Assembly (NCBI GenBank): GCA_033855155.1
Contig: JAWVGK010000391.1
Coordinates: 1-44,933, forward strand
Direction: 5' to 3'
DNA from: Solirubrobacteraceae bacterium
Lineage (GTDB): Bacteria; Actinomycetota; Thermoleophilia; Solirubrobacterales; Solirubrobacteraceae
Length of the DNA stretch: 44,933 bases
Shown here: positions 43,475 through 44,933 of the stretch, one piece after another
How positions within the stretch are numbered: the first letter of the stretch is position 1
Layout of the letters: each line of letters opens with the position of its first letter
Translations under genes and position numbers: made by a program
The notes under the pieces: model-generated
Seen by the model: the letters and a program-made list of their open reading frames with translations, nothing else
What the model was told of the DNA's origin: nothing
Databases searched by the model: none

Positions 43475-44676
43475 GGCGCGATTTCCTCCTCGCCCTCATC
43501 GCCGTCGTCGCCGAAGTCCACGTCGTCGCCCTCATCCTCGTCCACGAGCTCGAACTCCTGACCTCCCTCGGCGATGGCGTCCTCGGCAGCGACGACGCCG
43601 GCGTCGAGCTGGTCCAGTTGCTCCCGGATCGCCGCGATGGCCATCTGCACGGCTTCATCGTCGGCATGCTCCGCGTAGTCGGGGGCCGCTTGCTGTAGGC
43701 CCGTCAGTGCCTTTGCGAGCCCCTTGAGAACGAAGTCACGTCGTCCGCCGGCCGCCTCGAACGCGCGCTCGAGGTCGCGCTCGGTCTCGAGAATGCGAAC
43801 ACCGTCGTCCGTCTGGAGGGCGACGGACAGATCGTCGATCCTGCGCGTGTCCGTGAACAACCGGTCGGGTCCCCCGGGTTCGCCGTACAGAAACGACAGG
43901 AGCTTGGCCATCTGCTCGCTTGGCGCGTCATATGCCGTGTCTGATCCGGGCTGCATCACTGTGGGAGAGCGCGCCTCGATGTACTCGCGCACGCCTCTGG
44001 CGTTCATCGCGCGCTCCCAGCGGCCGAACTCCGCCTGCGCCTCGACGATCCGCACGCCTGCTTCCTCGGCTTGCTTCAGAGCGAGCCAATCGCGCAGACG
44101 CCGCTGGATCCGTCGCGGGTTCTCCCCGACCAGCTCACTGACCTGCTCGAAGTCGCGAGTGGGATCCTCCTCGAGGAGCTTGACCACGAACGCGGACTTC
44201 TCGAACGCGTCCCACTTCAGGATGCCGACGATGTGGCGGTATCCGATGATCGGAGCCGCCGCCTTGCGGTCGGGCACCTCTTGACACGGGATGGTCGCGA
44301 GGCGGGCGACGCGTTCCGGGTGAGTCTGCAACTGGGCTGCCATTCGATCCCACTCGGCACCAGCATCGACGGCCTCTCGCAGTTCTGGGTCGAGCAGCAG
44401 CTTCAGTGCGACGAGTCTTCGGTTGCCCTCGGCGACGACGTAGGCGCCATCCTCCGGGAAGACGATCAGCGGCTCGGTGGCGAAGAAGCCGAACTCCACG
44501 ATCGATCGCCCGACCGGTTCGGGATCGAACCGGGCGAGCAGCGCCTCGACCATCGCCGGCTCGTCGAGCGGGCCGTCCTCGAGGGTGAACCGGTGAAGCC
44601 GGGGGTTCTCCGGGTCGAGGCGAAGATCCCCGAGCGCATGGTGGGTGATCGGCGTTTCTGCGAGCACATCAGTCAT
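43471..44676 (-). CDS. ParB/Srx N-terminal-domain protein with an acidic C-terminal tail
   Basis: LRLDPENPR and VVAEGNRRLVALKLL (GxxRxxA motif at 44407-44427). A central helical region follows, then the tail ELVDEDEGDDVDFGDDGDEGEEEIAP. A GGAGG RBS lies upstream of the ATG. Confidence 0.8.
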   Translation of the reverse strand: MTDVLAETPITHHALGDLRLDPENPRLHRFTLEDGPLDEPAMVEALLARFDPEPVGRSIVEFGFFATEPLIVFPEDGAYVVAEGNRRLVALKLLLDPELREAVDAGAEWDRMAAQLQTHPERVARLATIPCQEVPDRKAAAPIIGYRHIVGILKWDAFEKSAFVVKLLEEDPTRDFEQVSELVGENPRRIQRRLRDWLALKQAEEAGVRIVEAQAEFGRWERAMNARGVREYIEARSPTVMQPGSDTAYDAPSEQMAKLLSFLYGEPGGPDRLFTDTRRIDDLSVALQTDDGVRILETERDLERAFEAAGGRRDFVLKGLAKALTGLQQAAPDYAEHADDEAVQMAIAAIREQLDQLDAGVVAAEDAIAEGGQEFELVDEDEGDDVDFGDDGDEGEEEIAP

Positions 44677-44933
44677 GCAGCCTCCGAGATCGGCGTGTTT
44701 GGCGGGAGGTTCCGTGCCGCGAGATTCGACGGAGCATCAGCCGGTGTCGTTGCCGCGGCGAGCAATCGAGTGTCGCGCGTGCAGGTCCCAGCGGGCACGG
44801 TCATATCAGTCAAGTCCCAGGACGTGGTGTAGGAGTTCGGCGCTCATCTCGTCGGTGACGACGTGGTGCTCACGCTGCGGCGAGCTCGGCGACCTCCTCT
44901 TCAGATCGGGAAGAGAGAGATCCATCGGACCGG

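Larger units (their letters stand above)
24530..44933. other. Accessory defence-type genomic island; left junction at ~24530, right end beyond the window
   Basis: Two genes are clipped against each other at ~24530. From there on, third-codon positions carry visibly more A/T than in 1-24.5 kb. Gene content is dominated by nucleotide-modifying, helicase, methyltransferase and nuclease functions. No integrase, transposase or tRNA gene is seen in the window. Confidence 0.55.

Noticed and set aside
41651-43561. 636-aa (+) ORF and other plus-strand ORFs (41658..42320, 43254..43727, 43724..44284, 44071..44832) opposite the ParB/nuclease/HEPN operon.
   Set aside because: They are low-complexity (Arg/Asp/Pro/Ser-rich) mirror frames of minus-strand genes that show specific motifs, RBSs and 4-nt start/stop coupling.
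44806-44933. Short minus-strand ORF (...MDLSLPDLKRRSPSSPQREHHVVTDEMSAELLHHVLGLD*) upstream of the ParB-like gene. It is open to the right window edge.
   Set aside because: It is too short and truncated by the edge to classify. It could be the 3' end of a gene lying outside the window.

Overview
High-G+C, actinobacterial-type chromosomal window. Most long ORFs in the six-frame track are Arg/Ala/Pro-rich off-frame artefacts, so I called genes from recognisable protein sequence, ribosome-binding sites and start/stop coupling.

Positions 1 to ~24530 look like ordinary core genome:
- a PAS-GAF-GGDEF-EAL signalling protein, cut by the left edge;
- a HEAT-like protein, a DEAD-box RNA helicase and a DUF2252 protein;
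- a decayed MazF-like remnant inside ~740 bp of otherwise non-coding DNA;
- a zinc-ribbon/TM/Pro-Gly-repeat protein, a cyclophilin and UppP;
- a four-gene Dpp/Opp-type ABC importer operon;
- a small amino-acid/guanidino-tailoring cluster (ArgG paralogue, PF10014-type 2OG-Fe dioxygenase, aldehyde dehydrogenase, amidinotransferase, two EamA exporters);
- a CtaG-like protein, a small Lys-rich protein and an APH-family phosphotransferase.

At ~24530 two genes are clipped against each other, and composition becomes visibly less G+C-rich through to the window end. This ~20 kb stretch reads as an accessory, defence-type island. No integrase or transposase is visible in the window. It holds four modules:
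- **Module A (24.5-30.5 kb, minus strand):** a tightly coupled six-gene nucleotide-tailoring operon that I cannot assign to any named system. It encodes a PfkB kinase, a Nudix hydrolase, a lone xanthine-dehydrogenase-type Mo subunit, a dCTP-deaminase-like protein with a coiled coil and C-terminal TM anchor, a beta-RFAP-synthase-like GHMP enzyme, and a truncated Udk-like kinase.
- **Module B (30.9-39.4 kb, plus strand):** two domain-less proteins followed by a 1772-aa DEAD/DEAH helicase fused to DUF1998. This is Druantia DruE-like or DISARM DrmA/B-like.
- **Module C:** Vsr plus a C5 cytosine methyltransferase.
- **Module D (41.3-44.7 kb, minus strand):** a three-gene operon that I also cannot match to a named system. 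It encodes a ParB/Srx-like protein, an Mrr-like PD-(D/E)xK protein, and a protein with a C-terminal HEPN-like Rx4H motif.

Modules A and D are the best candidates for undescribed biology. All functional readings are by-eye homology and need HMM or structure confirmation.
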